A stretch of 64,000 bases of DNA from an uncultured bacterium (lineage in GTDB: Bacteria; Muiribacteriota; Ozemobacteria; Ozemobacterales; Ozemobacteraceae): positions 7,373 through 71,372 of the forward strand of contig CAYYUI010000004.1 in NCBI GenBank assembly GCA_964474705.1, written 5' to 3'. The notes under the pieces are model-generated. The model had not been told where the DNA came from. It made no database searches and worked only from the letters and a program-made list of their open reading frames with translations. Shown piece after piece: positions 26,001-36,305 of the stretch; positions within the stretch are counted from its first letter, which is position 1, and each line of letters begins with the position of its first letter. A program made the position numbers and the translations under genes.

Positions 26001-26762
26001 ATGAGCATCAGCAGTGTATCCGGAACATCTGTGTGGACGCAGATGCAGCAATTTCGCTCCGGAAAAGTCAATCTGCAGAAGACCGACCTGCAGTCCATGC
26101 AGCAGGAAGCCGCAAAGGCTAACGAACAGACACAGTCAACCAACCCGTTCGACACGCTTCTAGCCGCGTTCGATGAAATCGACACCAACCAGGATGGCAT
26201 CAGCATCGACGAGCTTGCAAGCTACGCCAGCGAAAACGGCCCTCCTGAAGGTGGCCCACAACGGGGCGGCAGACCGGCCGGCCCACCTCCAGGCCCGCCC
26301 CCCGGGCCGCCGCCAAGTATGGCCGGCGAACTCGGCCAGACTTCAATGAACAGTGCGGGCGGAATGCCGGAAAGCATCAGTAAGGACGAACTGCTTCAGA
26401 TACAGAGCGACATGGAATCAGAAGGAATCGAAGTTCCTGAGCAGCTCAGCGACATGATTTCCAACTTCGAATCTCTTGACACCGACCAGGATGGGAAAGT
26501 TTCGATCGATGAGATGATGGCCGCCCAGAAAAAGGAAGAAACGACAGCAACATCGACAGATAGCGGTGAAAGCCAGAAACTCGACTTCCTGAAGTTGATC
26601 GAACAGTATGCGAATGACTATTCTGAAGAATCATCTTCTGAAGTTTCTTCGGATGCGGGCAACGATATGGCGATCAAGTTCATGCGGGCGATGAACCAGT
26701 ATGCCAACTTTGCATCGTATTCGAACCAGAGGTCTTCTTCGCTGTTCGACCTCGAAGCCTGA
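26001..26762 (+). CDS. EF-hand calcium-binding protein with Pro/Gly-rich linker
   Basis: Two canonical loops, DTNQDGISIDEL and DTDQDGKVSIDEM, flank GGRPAGPPPGPPPGPPP. AGGAGG RBS before the ATG at 26001. Confidence 0.7.
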   Translation: MSISSVSGTSVWTQMQQFRSGKVNLQKTDLQSMQQEAAKANEQTQSTNPFDTLLAAFDEIDTNQDGISIDELASYASENGPPEGGPQRGGRPAGPPPGPPPGPPPSMAGELGQTSMNSAGGMPESISKDELLQIQSDMESEGIEVPEQLSDMISNFESLDTDQDGKVSIDEMMAAQKKEETTATSTDSGESQKLDFLKLIEQYANDYSEESSSEVSSDAGNDMAIKFMRAMNQYANFASYSNQRSSSLFDLEA

Positions 26763-26944
26763 TTATCGGTTTTTCCTTCCAGACCCTGGCTCTGCCTTGA
26801 AAAAGGCAGAGCCTTTTCTTTTGGCCAGTGATTTCAATCTACAGGCTAAAAAAAAGTGCTGCTCCGGCGATGGAGCAGCCAATCTGAGGTTAGTTGTGAG
26901 TTGTATGAATCAGGATCTGGTTAGACGTGATTCATGGATTTGGT

Positions 26945-27481
26945 CTACCTTTCATTTTCTGAGTCGTCTTCAGCATTTTCAAAACGATCACCCGTGAAGC
27001 TACGCCGATGGTCAGGGGGCTGAGGCCTTTCGTGCAGCTTTTTAAACTGATCTTCAGACAAAATTTTGCGCAGTTCCTGCATCTGCTGGAAATGGCTGAT
27101 GATCGATTCTTCTACCGCCTTACCTTCTTCTGCCGCGATTTTTTTGGCATCCTCCAGAGAAAGGGTCGGGTCAGAAAGCTTTTTATAAATCAGATGGCGT
27201 TTATGGCCGGCTTTCATGATCTGGGTATTTTTTTGAAACCAGATGCGCAACTGCAATAACTGTGGATTTGAAATATCCAGATCATCGATCAGCTTAAAAA
27301 AACCGATGCTGTTGAACATCATTGGATGACCCGGCCCACCAGGCCCATGCTGCGATGGTGGGCCCATCGGGGCAAACATCGGCCCTGCGCCTGCCTGATT
27401 ATTCATCTCAGCAGAATAGAGAACCAGAGTAACGGCAATTAGAGACACTGAGAGAATGAAGAGTGACAACTGCTTTTTCAT
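26945..27481 (-). CDS. periplasmic Spy/CpxP-family protein
   Basis: Signal peptide, a Met/Pro/Gly/His-rich stretch (GPMFAPMGPPSQHGPGGPGHPMMF), and two LTxxQ-like motifs (ISNPQLLQL, LSEDQFKKL). Divergent from the two-component genes. Confidence 0.65.
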   Translation of the reverse strand: MKKQLSLFILSVSLIAVTLVLYSAEMNNQAGAGPMFAPMGPPSQHGPGGPGHPMMFNSIGFFKLIDDLDISNPQLLQLRIWFQKNTQIMKAGHKRHLIYKKLSDPTLSLEDAKKIAAEEGKAVEESIISHFQQMQELRKILSEDQFKKLHERPQPPDHRRSFTGDRFENAEDDSENER

Positions 27482-27581
27482 TTCGCACCTCCGAATTTCT
27501 TCGTTAGCCTAACTATAATGAAAGTTACGTTCAGATGCTGTTAAGACAATGCAAAGAAGCGTTAAGTAACCGACAGCTATC

Positions 27582-27596
27582 TTTACATTTCTTTAC
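27582..27596 (-). promoter_or_regulatory. CpxR-type tandem box GTAAA-N5-GTAAA
   Basis: The reverse strand reads GTAAA-GAAAT-GTAAA. It lies in the divergent cpxP-like / response-regulator intergenic region. Confidence 0.55.
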
Positions 27597-27667
27597 CCGG
27601 AGCTAAGAGAGCCCGGGTTGCAAAACCAGCAAGGATTGGACAGAATTAAGAGTGAGTCATACACGAG

Positions 27668-28372
27668 GTGAAACAAGTGAAACGCATTCTGATAATCGAT
27701 GACGATACCGAACTATGTGAACTCCTGCAGGAATACCTTTCAGCCGAAAAATTCGACACTTTCTGCGCCCATACCGGGGTTACAGGACTCGAAAAAACCA
27801 GGAGCGAAAATTTTGACCTCGTCATTCTTGACGTCATGCTGCCTGAATTAAACGGTCTTGAAGTGCTCAAGAGCATCAGATCGTTTTCGAAAATTCCGGT
27901 GATCATGCTGACAGCCAAGGGCGATGAGGTTGACCGCATTCTCGGTCTCGAACTCGGCGCTGATGATTACCTGCCCAAACCTTTCAGTCCCCGCGAACTG
28001 GTAGCACGCATCAAAGCGGTGTTCAGAAGGCTTTCGCCCGAAGGCGGTGACCTGGCAAAAGAGCCGTTTCATGTCGAAATTTCCGATATCTACATTGAAA
28101 GCAACACTCGCACGGCCACCAGAGCGGGAGAAGATCTCGAGCTGACCGAAGTTGAATTCAGCATTCTCGAAAACCTCATGCGTTCTGCCGGTAGTGTCGT
28201 TGAACGCCAGGATCTCGCGGTAAAGGTTCTTGGGCGCCGTCTATCCTATGATGACCGCAGTCTGGACGTTCACATGAGCAATCTGCGCCGAAAGCTTGGC
28301 CCGACAGTCCAGAACAAAGATCGGATCAAGACGATCAGAGGTGTTGGATATCTTTATGTCAAGCCAGAGTAG
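27668..28372 (+). CDS. OmpR-family response regulator (CpxR-like)
   Basis: Receiver domain (ILIIDDD..DLVILDVMLP..MLTAKG) and winged-helix output (TIRGVGY). Confidence 0.92.
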   Translation: MKQVKRILIIDDDTELCELLQEYLSAEKFDTFCAHTGVTGLEKTRSENFDLVILDVMLPELNGLEVLKSIRSFSKIPVIMLTAKGDEVDRILGLELGADDYLPKPFSPRELVARIKAVFRRLSPEGGDLAKEPFHVEISDIYIESNTRTATRAGEDLELTEVEFSILENLMRSAGSVVERQDLAVKVLGRRLSYDDRSLDVHMSNLRRKLGPTVQNKDRIKTIRGVGYLYVKPE

Positions 28373-29984
28373 TGCACAGATGCAGCCTCCCAAATTTTAC
28401 GGTTCAAAACTCTTTCTGAAGTTTTTTTTCTGGGTGTGGCTGACACTGATTATTACCGGCATAATGGCCGGCCTGTATGCCTATTTTTACCATTTCGAGC
28501 CCGAAAGACAGAGATTTTTTGCCATGGGCAGGCAGATTATCGAAGAAAATGGCAGAATTCTTGTCAACGCCTATGAAAAACTGGGGCCAGAAAGCGCATC
28601 ATATCTCAGGCTCCCTGGCAGCTTCTGGTTGTATGATGCCGATCTAAAAAACATACTGGCAAAAATCGCCCGCAAGCATGGCGGGCCCAAAATGGGGCCA
28701 GGCATGCCTGGCGAACCACCAGGAGATTTCGATCGCCCACCCCGGCGACCGGACAACGAGTTTTTTCAGGGAAAACACATGTCACCGGGAATGCCGGAAC
28801 CTCCAGATAACACAGAATCAAACGAAAACGCGCCCCCAAACACGCAGAATCCTGAACCTCCACCATGGGAACGCGATTTCGACCGCCTGTTCAAAGAAAA
28901 CGAGAAGGAAATCAGACAGCTGGCAACCCGCCTGCTGGCAGGGCATACAATTCTCTCAGAGACAATCGGAGGCGAAATCCTTCTCGGAGCCGCGATCAAA
29001 TCAGATTCCGGAAAGAACTACGCGATTGTCTGCCATCTTCCCAACCCGGTGCCAATGCGGGCCAGATTCATTATTTCCAGAATCATCGAAAATCTGCCGG
29101 TATTTCTACTTACTACCGGATTGCTCTGCTTCATGCTGGCACGTTACATCATAAAACCTCTTATCGACCTGCGAACTGCGAGCAAAAGTTTCGCGATGGG
29201 CGATCTAAAAACCAGAATCACCGGCCCAACCCTGGACCGGTTCGACGAGATCAGCGATCTGGCCGGCGACTTCAATGAAATGGCCGAGAAAATAGAAAAG
29301 CTTGTCAGCGGCCAGCGACGCCTTTTCAATGATATTTCACACGAGCTTCGCTCGCCCCTTGCCCGCCTTCAGGTAAGCATAGAGCTCCTGCAGCGTAAAT
29401 CACCAGACGCCGATCAGAGCATGCTTACACGTATCGGCACGGAAATTTCCCGGATGAATGCCCTGATCGAAGAGTTGCTGCAGTTCTCAAAGCTTGAAAA
29501 CAACGAAATCAGCAGCACGCCAGAAAGATTTCAACTGCCTGAGGTTCTGGCACAAATATGTAACGATGCCAACTTTGAAGGCAGGGCAAGAAACTGCCTG
29601 GTGAAACTGTCTGCGCCTGAACACCTCGAATTTTCGGGTATTCCACAGCTTATTGAACGTGCAGTAGAAAACATTCTGCGCAATGCGCTCAAACACAGTC
29701 CTGACAACTCTGAAATAAAGGTTCAACTGCAGCTGCTCGACAATGCTGCAATTATAACAGTTGCCGACCAGGGTCCCGGAATTCCAGAAGCAGAACTACA
29801 GAGAGTCTTCACGCCATTTTACTCACTTTCTGAAGAACGCAACCCACAGAAAGGCGGCATTGGTCTTGGCCTGGCCATTGCGCAGCGCGCCATAAAGCTG
29901 CATCAGGGGCAGATAACTTTGAAAAACAACCTCGAAGGCGGTCTTACTGCCACGATAGCCCTGCCTCTCGTCACAAAAGCCTGA
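28356..29984 (+). CDS. sensor histidine kinase (CpxA-like) with Pro/Met-rich periplasmic loop
   Basis: Two TM helices, HAMP, the H-box SHELRSPL, and N/G boxes (NALKHS, DQGPGI, GGIGLGLAI). The start at the ATG at 28356 overlaps the regulator gene. Confidence 0.9.
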   Translation: MSSQSSAQMQPPKFYGSKLFLKFFFWVWLTLIITGIMAGLYAYFYHFEPERQRFFAMGRQIIEENGRILVNAYEKLGPESASYLRLPGSFWLYDADLKNILAKIARKHGGPKMGPGMPGEPPGDFDRPPRRPDNEFFQGKHMSPGMPEPPDNTESNENAPPNTQNPEPPPWERDFDRLFKENEKEIRQLATRLLAGHTILSETIGGEILLGAAIKSDSGKNYAIVCHLPNPVPMRARFIISRIIENLPVFLLTTGLLCFMLARYIIKPLIDLRTASKSFAMGDLKTRITGPTLDRFDEISDLAGDFNEMAEKIEKLVSGQRRLFNDISHELRSPLARLQVSIELLQRKSPDADQSMLTRIGTEISRMNALIEELLQFSKLENNEISSTPERFQLPEVLAQICNDANFEGRARNCLVKLSAPEHLEFSGIPQLIERAVENILRNALKHSPDNSEIKVQLQLLDNAAIITVADQGPGIPEAELQRVFTPFYSLSEERNPQKGGIGLGLAIAQRAIKLHQGQITLKNNLEGGLTATIALPLVTKA

Positions 29985-30128
29985 AAGTTTTAATTATGCA
30001 GTTATCAATAATTCAGAAATTCAAACGGGTCTGAGCGAGCAATAAAATATCCTGGCGGCAACACTCTTGCGTTAGATGCGCGGTTGCGCTACACTTGCAG
30101 GGCAAAATCACCCCAAAGGAATACCCTC

Positions 30129-31889
30129 ATGAACAATTACCGGACTCACACCTGTGGCGAACTTCGTGGCAGTGACTGCGGCAAGCAGGTTCGGCTTTCT
30201 GGCTGGATACATCGCAAACGTGATCTTGGCGGCGTGCTCTTTGTCACCCTGCGCGACAACTATGGCATTACCCAGGTTCTCGCTGCTCCAGGTTCCCAGG
30301 CATACAGCGATTTCAACAATCTGAGGGTTGAATCGGTCGTAACCATCGAAGGCAAGGTCATCAGTCGCGGTGCCAACGTCAATAAAGACATGCCGACCGG
30401 CGAAATCGAAGTCGAAGTCAGTTCTGTGACCCTGCAGAGCGCCGCTGATGTGCTGCCTTTCCAGGTTGCTGACGAAGACAACGCGCCGGAAACCACGCGC
30501 CTGACCTACCGTTTTCTCGATCTGCGCCGCGAAAAGCTGCACAAGAACATTCTGCTGCGCTCGAAGGTCATCGCCAGTATTCGCCGCCGCATGATCGAAA
30601 TGGGATTCACCGAATTTCAGACTCCCATTCTCACCAGCAGCTCCCCGGAAGGGGCCCGCGATTATCTCGTACCCAGCCGCCTCTATCCGGGCAAATTTTA
30701 CGCTCTGCCCCAGGCACCGCAGCAGTTCAAGCAGCTGCTGATGGTATCCGGCTTCGACCGCTATTTCCAGATTGCGCCGTGCTTCAGAGACGAAGATGCC
30801 CGCGCTGACCGCTCACCCGGTGAATTTTACCAGCTTGACGTCGAAATGTCGTTTGTAACTCAGGATGACGTTTTCGCTTATCTTGAAAAGATGTTCTACG
30901 GCCTGTTCACAGAATTCTCAGACTGGAAAGTGACTACACCGGCTTTTCCGCGCATTACCTATGAAGACGCCATGATGCGCTACGGCGTCGATAAGCCCGA
31001 CCTGCGCTACGGCCTCGAAATTTCTGACGTTTCTGACATCTTCGCCGCCTCTGATTTCAACGCTTTTAAAACGGTCGTCGAGGCCGGCGGTTGTGTCAGA
31101 GCCATCTGCGTCGACAACATCGCCGACAAATCACGCAAGTTCTTCAAGGATCTCGAAGATTACGCAAAGGAACTCGGCGCCAAGGGTCTCGCTTCACTGG
31201 TTTACACCGACAGCGAAATCAAGGGCAGCCTGGCAAAACCGCTTTCTGACGCCAGCAAAAATGCCCTGCGCGAACGCATGGGCGCCAAAAACGGTTCAGG
31301 CCTGCTGATCGTCGCCGATGACAAGAACAAAGCCTCGATCATTCTCGGCAAAGTCAGAATCAAACTTGCTGACGAACTCGATCTGCGCGAAAAGAACAGC
31401 TACCGCTTCTGCTGGATCGTAGATTTTCCGATGTTCGAAAAAGACGAAGAAACCGGCCAGACCATTTTCAGCCACAACCCGTTCTCGATGCCACAGGGCG
31501 GCATGGAAGCCCTGCTGACCAGAGACCCGCTGACCATCAAAGCCTATCAGTATGACATCGTCTGCAACGGCATCGAACTCAGCTCGGGCGCCATCAGAAA
31601 CCACCTGCCCGAAATCATGTATAAAGCCTTTGAAATCGCCGGTTACGACAGCAGCGTCGTCGACAACAAATTCGGCGGCATGATCAAAGCCTTCAAATTC
31701 GGCGCCCCGCCGCACGGCGGCATCGCACCCGGCGTCGACCGCATCGTCATGTTGCTCGCCAATGAACCCAACATTCGCGAAGTCATCGCTTTCCCGATGG
31801 CCCAGAACGCCCAGGATCTGCTGATGCAGGCTCCGAACGAAGCCACCGAAAAACAGCTCAAAGAACTGCATCTTAAAATCGTCGACTGA
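30129..31889 (+). CDS. aspS: aspartate--tRNA ligase
   Basis: [13 protein letters not shown].., [19 protein letters not shown] (motif 2) and the GGIAPGVDR class II motif 3. Bacterial-type length. Confidence 0.95.
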   Translation: MNNYRTHTCGELRGSDCGKQVRLSGWIHRKRDLGGVLFVTLRDNYGITQVLAAPGSQAYSDFNNLRVESVVTIEGKVISRGANVNKDMPTGEIEVEVSSVTLQSAADVLPFQVADEDNAPETTRLTYRFLDLRREKLHKNILLRSKVIASIRRRMIEMGFTEFQTPILTSSSPEGARDYLVPSRLYPGKFYALPQAPQQFKQLLMVSGFDRYFQIAPCFRDEDARADRSPGEFYQLDVEMSFVTQDDVFAYLEKMFYGLFTEFSDWKVTTPAFPRITYEDAMMRYGVDKPDLRYGLEISDVSDIFAASDFNAFKTVVEAGGCVRAICVDNIADKSRKFFKDLEDYAKELGAKGLASLVYTDSEIKGSLAKPLSDASKNALRERMGAKNGSGLLIVADDKNKASIILGKVRIKLADELDLREKNSYRFCWIVDFPMFEKDEETGQTIFSHNPFSMPQGGMEALLTRDPLTIKAYQYDIVCNGIELSSGAIRNHLPEIMYKAFEIAGYDSSVVDNKFGGMIKAFKFGAPPHGGIAPGVDRIVMLLANEPNIREVIAFPMAQNAQDLLMQAPNEATEKQLKELHLKIVD

Positions 31890-31910
31890 TTTTACCAGCA
31901 ACAACCCGAT

Positions 31911-31940
31911 GGGCGGCCTCACAATTCTGTGAAGCCGCCC
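31911..31940 (+). terminator. stem-loop GGGCGGCcTCAC-AATTCT-GTGAaGCCGCCC
   Basis: Interrupted stem with 11 paired positions, 20 nt after the aspS stop, followed by GTTCTCTTT. Confidence 0.55.
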
Positions 31941-32029
31941 GTTCTCTTTAAGCACAAAGCCGACGAAATCTTGCCGGGGTGAGAATGAACGGGTATACTG
32001 TCCTAAGATTTTGCAATCCTGGAGAATAA

Positions 32030-32656
32030 ATGAGAGCTTCGACAAAAAAGACGGTTTCAGAGCACTTTACCTGGGCAGATTATCAGCAGTGGCCTGACGA
32101 ACATCGCTGCGAGATCATCGACGGGCAGATATATGATATGACTCCAGCACCGGGAACAGCGCATCAGGAAGTATCAGCAAATCTGATGTATGAATTTTGC
32201 GGCTTCTTCAAAGATAAACCTTGCAAAGTCTTTGCTGCGCCATTCGATGTCAGGCTTGCCGAGAAGAAAGAAACCGGCAACAGCTGCTCAAACGTCGTTC
32301 AGCCAGATATTTCGATTATCTGTGACCAGAAGAAGATCGATGAAAAGGGTTGCGCCGGTGCGCCTGACCTGGTGGTCGAAATTCTTTCGTCATCGACGGC
32401 CTCGAAAGATCAGGTCAAAAAGCGCCGCCTGTATGAACGACACGGTGTCAAAGAATACTGGCTCATTCACCCGATCGAACGCTACGCGCACATTTATGCC
32501 CTCAAAGATGCCAGATACGAATTCATCGGCGTTTTTGACGATGAAGCGACCCTCGAATCACAGATATTTACCGGGCTTGCCGTAAAAATGGCCGAAATTC
32601 TCCCGGCTCTGAAAGCCGTTAAAGAAAAAGCCGCACGCTACAAAGCCCGAAAATAA
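32030..32656 (+). CDS. Uma2-family (DUF820) endonuclease
   Basis: EIIDGQIY.MTPAP...H, QPDISII and PDLVVEILS motifs of the PD-(D/E)xK Uma2 family. Confidence 0.85.
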   Translation: MRASTKKTVSEHFTWADYQQWPDEHRCEIIDGQIYDMTPAPGTAHQEVSANLMYEFCGFFKDKPCKVFAAPFDVRLAEKKETGNSCSNVVQPDISIICDQKKIDEKGCAGAPDLVVEILSSSTASKDQVKKRRLYERHGVKEYWLIHPIERYAHIYALKDARYEFIGVFDDEATLESQIFTGLAVKMAEILPALKAVKEKAARYKARK

Positions 32657-32712
32657 GGTTTTATTCCCCCAGAATCGTCGACTGATCGACAAGAAAAACC
32701 GCTCTTCAGCAC

Positions 32713-32737
32713 AAAAGCCGCCATTTCGGCGGCTTTT
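32713..32737. terminator. bidirectional terminator AAAAGCCGCC-ATTTC-GGCGGCTTTT
   Basis: Perfect stem flanked by an A-run and a T-run, between convergent genes. Confidence 0.7.
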
Positions 32738-32759
32738 GTATTTTAAGCTCGGTATTTTT

Positions 32760-33761
32760 CTAATTTTTGCCCTTATTGTCGGTAACAAATACCGAACCGA
32801 TTTCAAGCATGTGCGACCAGACGCGGTTGAATCGTGACTCAAACTCGACTGAACCGGGCAGCATTCCGGCCAATTCCTTTTCAGAAACAGGAGAGATGGC
32901 TGTGTAATCAGACAATTTCACCAGAAGGAGGCCGGACAAAAATACTTTTTCGGCATTCTGTGGCATAGGCAATTCACGATAGTTGGCAAATACGAGAGGT
33001 TTAAGCGGAACTTCATAGATTCTCACGGCAGAAATCAGGCCTGCATCGTTGTTAACGCCACGCAGATCGGCATAGTATTTCTTTTCGCCGTCAGCAGCCA
33101 GAAGACGAAGTGACCTGGAATACACTTTTTCCAGATCGGCATGAAAAGCAATGACCCCTCTGGCACTGGCCTGGGCCCGGTCACTTTCAGTCCCTGAATA
33201 TGCAACCTTTTCCGGGGTGACGTAGATTGACGAAAATGGCAGATTTGCATCAAATTCCCATTGAGTCGGTACTGCCGGAGCGACAAAGGGCGATTCGTCG
33301 GAAAAACTTCTTTCAGCGGCATCCACCAGAGCGTATTTTACATAAACGTCGGCAGCATTTCGGGCAGAAGCGTATAATCTTCTACCACCCCTGATTTTAT
33401 CAAGAAGAAATGCATCAAATATACGACAGGCCGACCTGGCCGAGTTCAACTTCGCGGGCCAGGCATACATTTTCAGGTATAGTTTCAGAGAATCGGCATT
33501 CCTGATCTCTGGAAGCGGGAAACCCATAGAGAGAAGATTGCTGTAGACAATGTTGTCGATATCAGGTCTGGATGCAGAAATATTCTTCAGAAGCGGTTCC
33601 ATATGCTCTGCGTCAACCGATGTGCCGACAATCTGATGCTGCGGAAAATAAACCAGCTGCAATTTCAGCATTTGATCTATATTCCAGCCTTCACCTCGTG
33701 CATAAACAGAACTGTTAAAAAGCACACTCGCCAGAAGAACCACAAAAATTATCTTTTTCAT
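32760..33761 (-). CDS. secreted hypothetical protein
   Basis: Signal peptide MKKIIFVVLLASVLFNSSVYA. No family recognised. Confidence 0.55.
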   Translation of the reverse strand: MKKIIFVVLLASVLFNSSVYARGEGWNIDQMLKLQLVYFPQHQIVGTSVDAEHMEPLLKNISASRPDIDNIVYSNLLSMGFPLPEIRNADSLKLYLKMYAWPAKLNSARSACRIFDAFLLDKIRGGRRLYASARNAADVYVKYALVDAAERSFSDESPFVAPAVPTQWEFDANLPFSSIYVTPEKVAYSGTESDRAQASARGVIAFHADLEKVYSRSLRLLAADGEKKYYADLRGVNNDAGLISAVRIYEVPLKPLVFANYRELPMPQNAEKVFLSGLLLVKLSDYTAISPVSEKELAGMLPGSVEFESRFNRVWSHMLEIGSVFVTDNKGKN

Positions 33762-33956
33762 TGAACTCCACCCTGCTGCATTTTCATAATACGAAGCAAC
33801 GTCATCAGAACTGAATTATAGCACTTCAATCCATCCTTTTTCCATAAACTATGGCCACCAGAGGTCAGCATTGCTGTTTTGCGACAAAACTGTTGTCTTG
33901 GCATTCTCAAAATGACATACTTGGCAGAATATCAGGTTCTTCGGGCAAGGGAACTC

Positions 33957-36305
33957 ATGACAAGAGCGCTTTTTTCGCTGACAATCTTTACCGGCTCATT
34001 TCTGCTGTTCATGATACAGCCAATGGTCGGCAAGATTCTACTGCCGGCGCTTGGCGGTGTGCCTGCAGTCTGGACTACCTGCATGCTGTTTTTTCAGGCG
34101 GCACTGCTGGCCGGTTACATCTATGCCGAAAGAGGCATACGCCTGCTCGGCTGCGCCAGACAGTCGATGCTGCACCTGATGCTGATGATCGGAGCCTGGC
34201 TGCTGCTACCGGTCAATATTGATCTTACCGGTGCCGAAACTGCCTACGCAACGCCGGTTATCTGGCTGGTCAGCCGGTTGAGCGCCTCGATCGGCATTCT
34301 GTTCTTTCTGCTCGCCGCCAATGCCCCGCTGGTGCAGCGTTATTATTCACAGACCGCACAGCCTGATGCCGACGACCCATATTTTCTCTATTCAGCCAGC
34401 AATACCGGAAGTCTGCTGGCACTCCTGCTGTTTCCGCTCATGCTCGAACCATTCCTGGGAGCGGCACAGATAAGATGGCTCTGGTCGATCGGCTATCTGC
34501 TGCTGACCATACTTCTCAGTTTCTGCGCTTTCATTACCTGGAATCCGGAGCCCCTCACAAAACGCGGCAGCGAACAGTCCGGCCGAAAAAATGCCGAGGC
34601 TGACGACTGCAAACAAATCACAGCTTCCAGTAAAAAGGGCGATAATCAGGCGACCGTTGTAATGACAGAACCCGGTTTTAAGAACGTCAACTGGCACCAG
34701 GCCATAACCTGGGCATTTCTGGGTTTCATGCCCTGCGGTGCCATGCTGGCGGTCACTACCCATATCACTACCGATATTTCTTCAGCGCCACTGCTCTGGA
34801 TTGTGCCTCTGGCCGGGTATCTGGTCTCGTTCATTCTGGTATTTGCCAGATCGCCATTCTGGCGGCAGATAAAATGGGAACGTTTTCTGTTTCCATCAAC
34901 GCTGCTGGGGCTGCTGATGTATTACTACGTGCTCACCGAACGCGCCTGGCTGGCGATTGGCATGCACTTTCTCTTCATGATGCTCGCCTGTATGTTCTTT
35001 CACAGCCGACTGGCGCAAGCAAGGCCGGCTGTCGAACAACTCAATTCATTCTACGTGTGGATGTCAGCCGGAGGGGTTGCCGCCGGAATTTTCACGAGCG
35101 TCATTGCTCCGCTTGTCTTCGTAACCCAGGCAGAATACCTTCTGATCATGCTGATTACCGCCCTGGCTGCCGCTTTCTGTTCTGGCTCGACACCCCGCAC
35201 CAGTCTGGTAATACGGCAGGAAACATTGATTTCCGGCTTCTTTTCGCTGGCATTCTGTCTTCTGATCTATTACAGCCGTAAAGGCGCCGAAGACTTACTT
35301 TCTCTGGAAACTGCCAGACAACTCGCCTTTTCGCTTTTTCTCATTTTCATGTTTTTTCGGCGGCCGATCAGCACCGGCTTCGTGCTGCTGCTGACTTTTG
35401 CAGCGCTGCAGATAGCCGGCAAACCATCAGACGCGCGCATTCTTCACCAGGAACGCAGTTTTTACGGGATTCTCAAAGTATCGCGGCTGGCTACCGATGG
35501 CCAGACCCGCGACCCCGACCTTAAAATCGCCGGAATCGCCGACATTTTTCATCGTCTGCATCATGGCTATACGTTGCATGGCGTCGAACGGCGCGTCAAA
35601 GTCAGATATCAGCTGCCGCTTTCATATTATTCCCGCGAAGGCCCAATCGGCGCGCTTTTTAAAGCCGCCATCATCAACCGCAACTGTCGCAATATCGGGG
35701 TGGTTGGCCTTGGCTGCGGCACAATCGCCTGGTATGGGCGCGCCTGGCAGAACATCGATTTTTTCGAAATTGACCCGGCAGTGATAAGAATTGCCCGAAA
35801 CCCAGACTATTTCACCTTTTTGAGCAACTGCCGGTCAAGCCTGCGCATCATTGCGGGTGATGCCAGGGTGCAGCTGCGGCATGTCCCTGACCGGCATTAT
35901 GATCTTCTGGTTCTCGATGCTTATTCATCAGGCTCAGTGCCAACCCATCTTCTGACACTCGAAGCCTTTGAACTATATCAACGCAAACTTCAGCAGAATG
36001 GGCTTATCGTTTTTCATATTTCGAACCGCTACCTCAAACTGTCACCAGTCATAGAGCGCATCTGCAAAAAACTTGGCATGAACTGCCTTGAAGCTTTTTA
36101 TGAACCCGAGCGTGACTCGATACGCTACGACTGGTATGATTATGACCAGATGGCGAGTTCACACTGGGTTGCCGCCTCGATGCGCCCCGAAAAACTCGAA
36201 ATGCTTAAAAACACCGGCATCTGGACCCAGGTGCCCGCTTATGACAATTACAACCTCTGGACCGACGACTATGCCAACCTCTTTCAAGTCTACAACTGGC
36301 GCTGA
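33957..36305 (+). CDS. fused polytopic membrane / spermidine-synthase-like methyltransferase-fold protein
   Basis: N-terminus FLLFMIQPMVGKILLPALGGVPAVW plus more than 10 TM helices. The C-terminus has VVGLGCGT..FFEIDP..GDARV..LVLDAYSS. The start at the ATG at 33957 follows AAGGGA. Confidence 0.75.
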   Translation: MTRALFSLTIFTGSFLLFMIQPMVGKILLPALGGVPAVWTTCMLFFQAALLAGYIYAERGIRLLGCARQSMLHLMLMIGAWLLLPVNIDLTGAETAYATPVIWLVSRLSASIGILFFLLAANAPLVQRYYSQTAQPDADDPYFLYSASNTGSLLALLLFPLMLEPFLGAAQIRWLWSIGYLLLTILLSFCAFITWNPEPLTKRGSEQSGRKNAEADDCKQITASSKKGDNQATVVMTEPGFKNVNWHQAITWAFLGFMPCGAMLAVTTHITTDISSAPLLWIVPLAGYLVSFILVFARSPFWRQIKWERFLFPSTLLGLLMYYYVLTERAWLAIGMHFLFMMLACMFFHSRLAQARPAVEQLNSFYVWMSAGGVAAGIFTSVIAPLVFVTQAEYLLIMLITALAAAFCSGSTPRTSLVIRQETLISGFFSLAFCLLIYYSRKGAEDLLSLETARQLAFSLFLIFMFFRRPISTGFVLLLTFAALQIAGKPSDARILHQERSFYGILKVSRLATDGQTRDPDLKIAGIADIFHRLHHGYTLHGVERRVKVRYQLPLSYYSREGPIGALFKAAIINRNCRNIGVVGLGCGTIAWYGRAWQNIDFFEIDPAVIRIARNPDYFTFLSNCRSSLRIIAGDARVQLRHVPDRHYDLLVLDAYSSGSVPTHLLTLEAFELYQRKLQQNGLIVFHISNRYLKLSPVIERICKKLGMNCLEAFYEPERDSIRYDWYDYDQMASSHWVAASMRPEKLEMLKNTGIWTQVPAYDNYNLWTDDYANLFQVYNWR

